From NCBI RefSeq assembly GCF_032062105.1, contig NW_026918737.1, positions 62,001 through 126,000 on the forward strand: DNA of 64,000 nucleotides, in the 5' to 3' direction. The translations under genes were made by a program, and so were the position numbers. This DNA is from Saccostrea cucullata (lineage: Eukaryota). Under the pieces are notes generated by a model. That model had not been told where the DNA came from. It was given only the letters and a program-made list of their open reading frames with translations, and searched no databases. Positions 61,201 to 64,000 of this stretch are shown piece by piece (the first letter of the stretch is position 1; the number at the start of each line of letters is the position of its first letter).

Positions 61201-63980
61201 TAAGTAAGAACATATTGTTTTACACTGGAAACGTAGTGATTTTTGCGTCTTTTGCAAGATTATCTCACTCATATGAAGCGTACCTCACATATGACCGGTG
61301 ATGGTATTATTGATTTTAAAAAAAATTCTGCATGGCACTCAATTGAACAGTGACGATTATTTATCACTTCAGATAAAGTTAACATTATCAAAGTACATTT
61401 TAATATACTTTGTCCATCCGTCTTTCTGTAACGCTTTTTTCCTCACGATATCTCGACAACCCTTTGAGCTTTTGCAATGAAAGAGAACATAACAGAATAC
61501 CTGATGTTTTAGGAAGACCCCTTTTGAATTTGGGGAAAGGTCAACATTCAAAGTCGTAAAGAACTAAAATGATTGAAATTCCGCCTATCTATAAGTCAAT
61601 TCTCAAAAGTTAACATCTTGTGAATGATTCTCAAAATTTTTATACATATTTATATTAATTTTCATAAAACCTTACTTATTTGGGATACCAAAGAGAGATA
61701 ACTCTATAATTTTGGCAAAACTTGTGTTTTCCACTATAGAAATCAACGGAAAACTGAAAATATTTTTTAAACACCCCCCCCCCCCCCCCCGTGAAACAAA
61801 AATTCCTTTTTACAGATAATATGGACTGTTATTTTAAAAATTTATGCCAAAGCTTTTTGTGTTTCACGGGGGGGGATATGTTTATAGACAAAAAAAATGC
61901 TTATTTTTCACCAATTTTGAAGCTATTTAAAACTAAATAATTGTATTTTATTAATTTAATATATATGCTTTATTTATTTGCGTAAAACATGAGAAAAGAT
62001 ATTAGATACATGTTAAATGAACAATTCCTACGAAAATATCATGTAAGTTAAATACCTGGAGGTTAACAGAGAGATTATCAGATATGGTATCTATGGCAGA
62101 CAGGTACTTAATATAATTAAATGTAATTAATGTAATTAATATTCTGATTTTCCTGAAAATGAACATATATAGACTTTGAGATTTAAAAGAACAAAATGTC
62201 GATTTACTACAGACTCCCTTGTACAGTGCTTATATTGTATTTAGAATGCTCCTTTATTCAAATATCATGATTGACACTTAAGTTTACGAGTTATAGAAAT
62301 AGATACATCTGGGTGGGAATGATAAAGAGTTGAGCTGATAGACCTTAATTCAGCCAGTCTTTTCTTCGTTGTCCGTTTCTAGGTTTTCTTCAATCCATCA
62401 GTTTTTAGAAAGAAACACATCAAATAAGGGCACCGCAAAGCGGAGCATTCCTTCCCAAAAACCATGTTCAGTAAATCAAGGCAGCATTTGACATCGATCG
62501 CGATACAAATTACATCAATTCCACACAGAAAAAATAACATACACATAAAGTAATAACACACATAATCGCATCACTATATCCCATCATACGTTGTGAGGGG
62601 ATAATACTGTTGTCTATTTCTAAAATATGTCTAATTCCTTTTGTTTCATGAAAATTTTTTCAAAGTGCGTTAAATGTTTACATGGTGTAAAATTATGATG
62701 TACAGTCTTAACGCACTTTGAAAAATTTTTTCAAAGTGCGTTGATTTGGTCCCAAATTCAACTCACTTTGAAAAAATTTTTCAAAGTGCGTTAACCTGGT
62801 CCCAAAAATTAACGCACTTTGAAAATTTTTTTCAAAGTGCGTAATTTTTCAAAGTGCGTTGTAACAGAGCACATTGTTTTACATTGGAAACTTACTGATT
62901 TTTGCGTCTTTTGCAAGATTATTTCACTAACATGAAGCGTACGTCAGATATGACCGGTGATGGTATTATTGATTTTAATTAATCCTTCAATCGAGACTCA
63001 TTGAACAGTGATGATAATTTATCACTTTGGGTAAAGTTAACATTATCAAAGTACATTTTTAACAAACTGTGACATGCTAAAAATTATGTTTTGCTAATTT
63101 TTTTTCTTAAATGTTCAAACATATTTGGGCGGAAAAAGGAGAAATAAGAACATCTAAGTTCACATGAGACATGAAATGTGGATTGGTATAACGAATTTCT
63201 TAAAGAAACAAAATGATTGAAATTTATTTTAGATGTTGACGAATGTCAACAAAGCCCTTGTGTTCATGGACGCTGTACCAATACACACGGGTCCTATCAA
63301 TGCAGCTGTAATTCAGGCTACACAGCTCACAACTGTGATAGAGGTAAATCGTCTAAAGAATCCATTGTTTTGATATTACTTTACCTTAAACTCAATAATT
63401 TATAATCTAAGATAAATCTGCTGCTCAGTTTGAAACCCTCATATACATTGAAATTTCATAATTATAAAATTTTTGAGATCATGTTACAATATAAGTGGAT
63501 GTAAAACAAATTTGATGATGATATTCATAAGGACCTTAGAATTTTAAGTAGCTTCATGCAAAACCTTAATAAAATTTGAAAAATTCATACCTCAGTTTAC
63601 TCTTCAACTATTCATTTATTAATACATCGTACATTTAGATATAAATGAATGCCTTACATTTTCTCCTGCCTGTTATCATGGTGGAACTTGCACAAATTCG
63701 GATGGGGCATTCCGTTGCGCATGCCCAGCAGGATGGACAGGTCACCGATGTGATCAAGGTTTTTATTTTACATGTATACCGTTATGATCTTTTGCAAGCA
63801 AAACAGTTACTTTATTTTAATAAATAAACTTCTGGTCTGTAGAGTATGTATCATTTTGTTATTGTATAAAACAAGCCCATGTAATCCTTTGGTTTGATAG
63901 AAGAAATTCAATTTTCTTAATTTACCTTAATTCCACAAGTAGGCTCACTGTGTATAATTATTTTCATTTTAGATCCATGA
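57257..63980 (+). CDS. Secreted NIDO-EGF protein D (divergent paralogue; signal peptide, NIDO, 7 EGF; ~536 aa)
   Basis: Exons 57257-57330, 57616-57686, 57925-58040, 58341-58634 (GC donor), 58916-59111, 59519-59560, 59724-59834, 59933-60049, 60160-60279, 60608-60724, 61006-61119, 63233-63343, 63639-63758, 63973-63980 (DP*). Same intron phases as A-C. Confidence 0.8.
61208..63062 (+). repeat. ~195-bp diverged direct repeat within gene D intron (61208-61403 and 62867-63062)
   Basis: Shared ttttgcgtcttttgcaagattat, atatgaccggtgatggtattattgattttaa and taaagttaacattatcaaagtacatttt. Confidence 0.85.
62651..62866. mobile_element. One end of a TGT/ACA-terminated (Ginger-like) MITE with palindromic subterminal repeats
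   Basis: Alternating AACGCACTTTGAAAA / TTTTCAAAGTGCGTT units ending in GCGTTGTAACA at 62866; the other end was not found. Confidence 0.5.
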
Positions 63981-64000
63981 ACAGAGCCCTTTATATATAA

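Noticed and set aside
1-64000. Most remaining 60-120-aa ORFs in the track
   Set aside because: AT-rich F/L/I/K-biased chance ORFs, antisense shadows of real exons, or exon-plus-intron read-throughs already explained by the gene models.

Overview
AT-rich, intron-containing animal genomic DNA. The repeat landscape (Helentron/Pearl-like satellite elements, tRNA-Deu SINEs, mariner and TTAA elements) and gene content point to a bivalve mollusc, most likely an oyster (inference). There are no prokaryotic systems, rRNA, true tRNA genes or CRISPR arrays. From left to right: (1) a spliced orphan gene on the minus strand (~2.3-6.3 kb) encoding a ~286-aa basic/acidic, probably nuclear protein whose candidate first coding exon is tandemly duplicated; (2) an intact Tc1 DD34E transposon (9002-10356) just past the stop of a GPCR; (3) three rhodopsin-family GPCRs with intronless CDS, two of them paralogues that share an unusual D2.50N + S7.46D + P7.50C signature; (4) a 7.3-kb nested stack of transposons directly upstream of the third GPCR; (5) four paralogous genes (three minus, one plus) encoding small secreted signal peptide + NIDO + 4-7 EGF proteins, built from symmetric phase-1 EGF exons and varying by exon loss, splice-site loss and duplication, interleaved with a CAC-ended element, a decayed mariner and palindromic arrays. 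All exon models were assembled by hand from splice signals, reading frame and paralogue comparison, and need RNA-seq confirmation.
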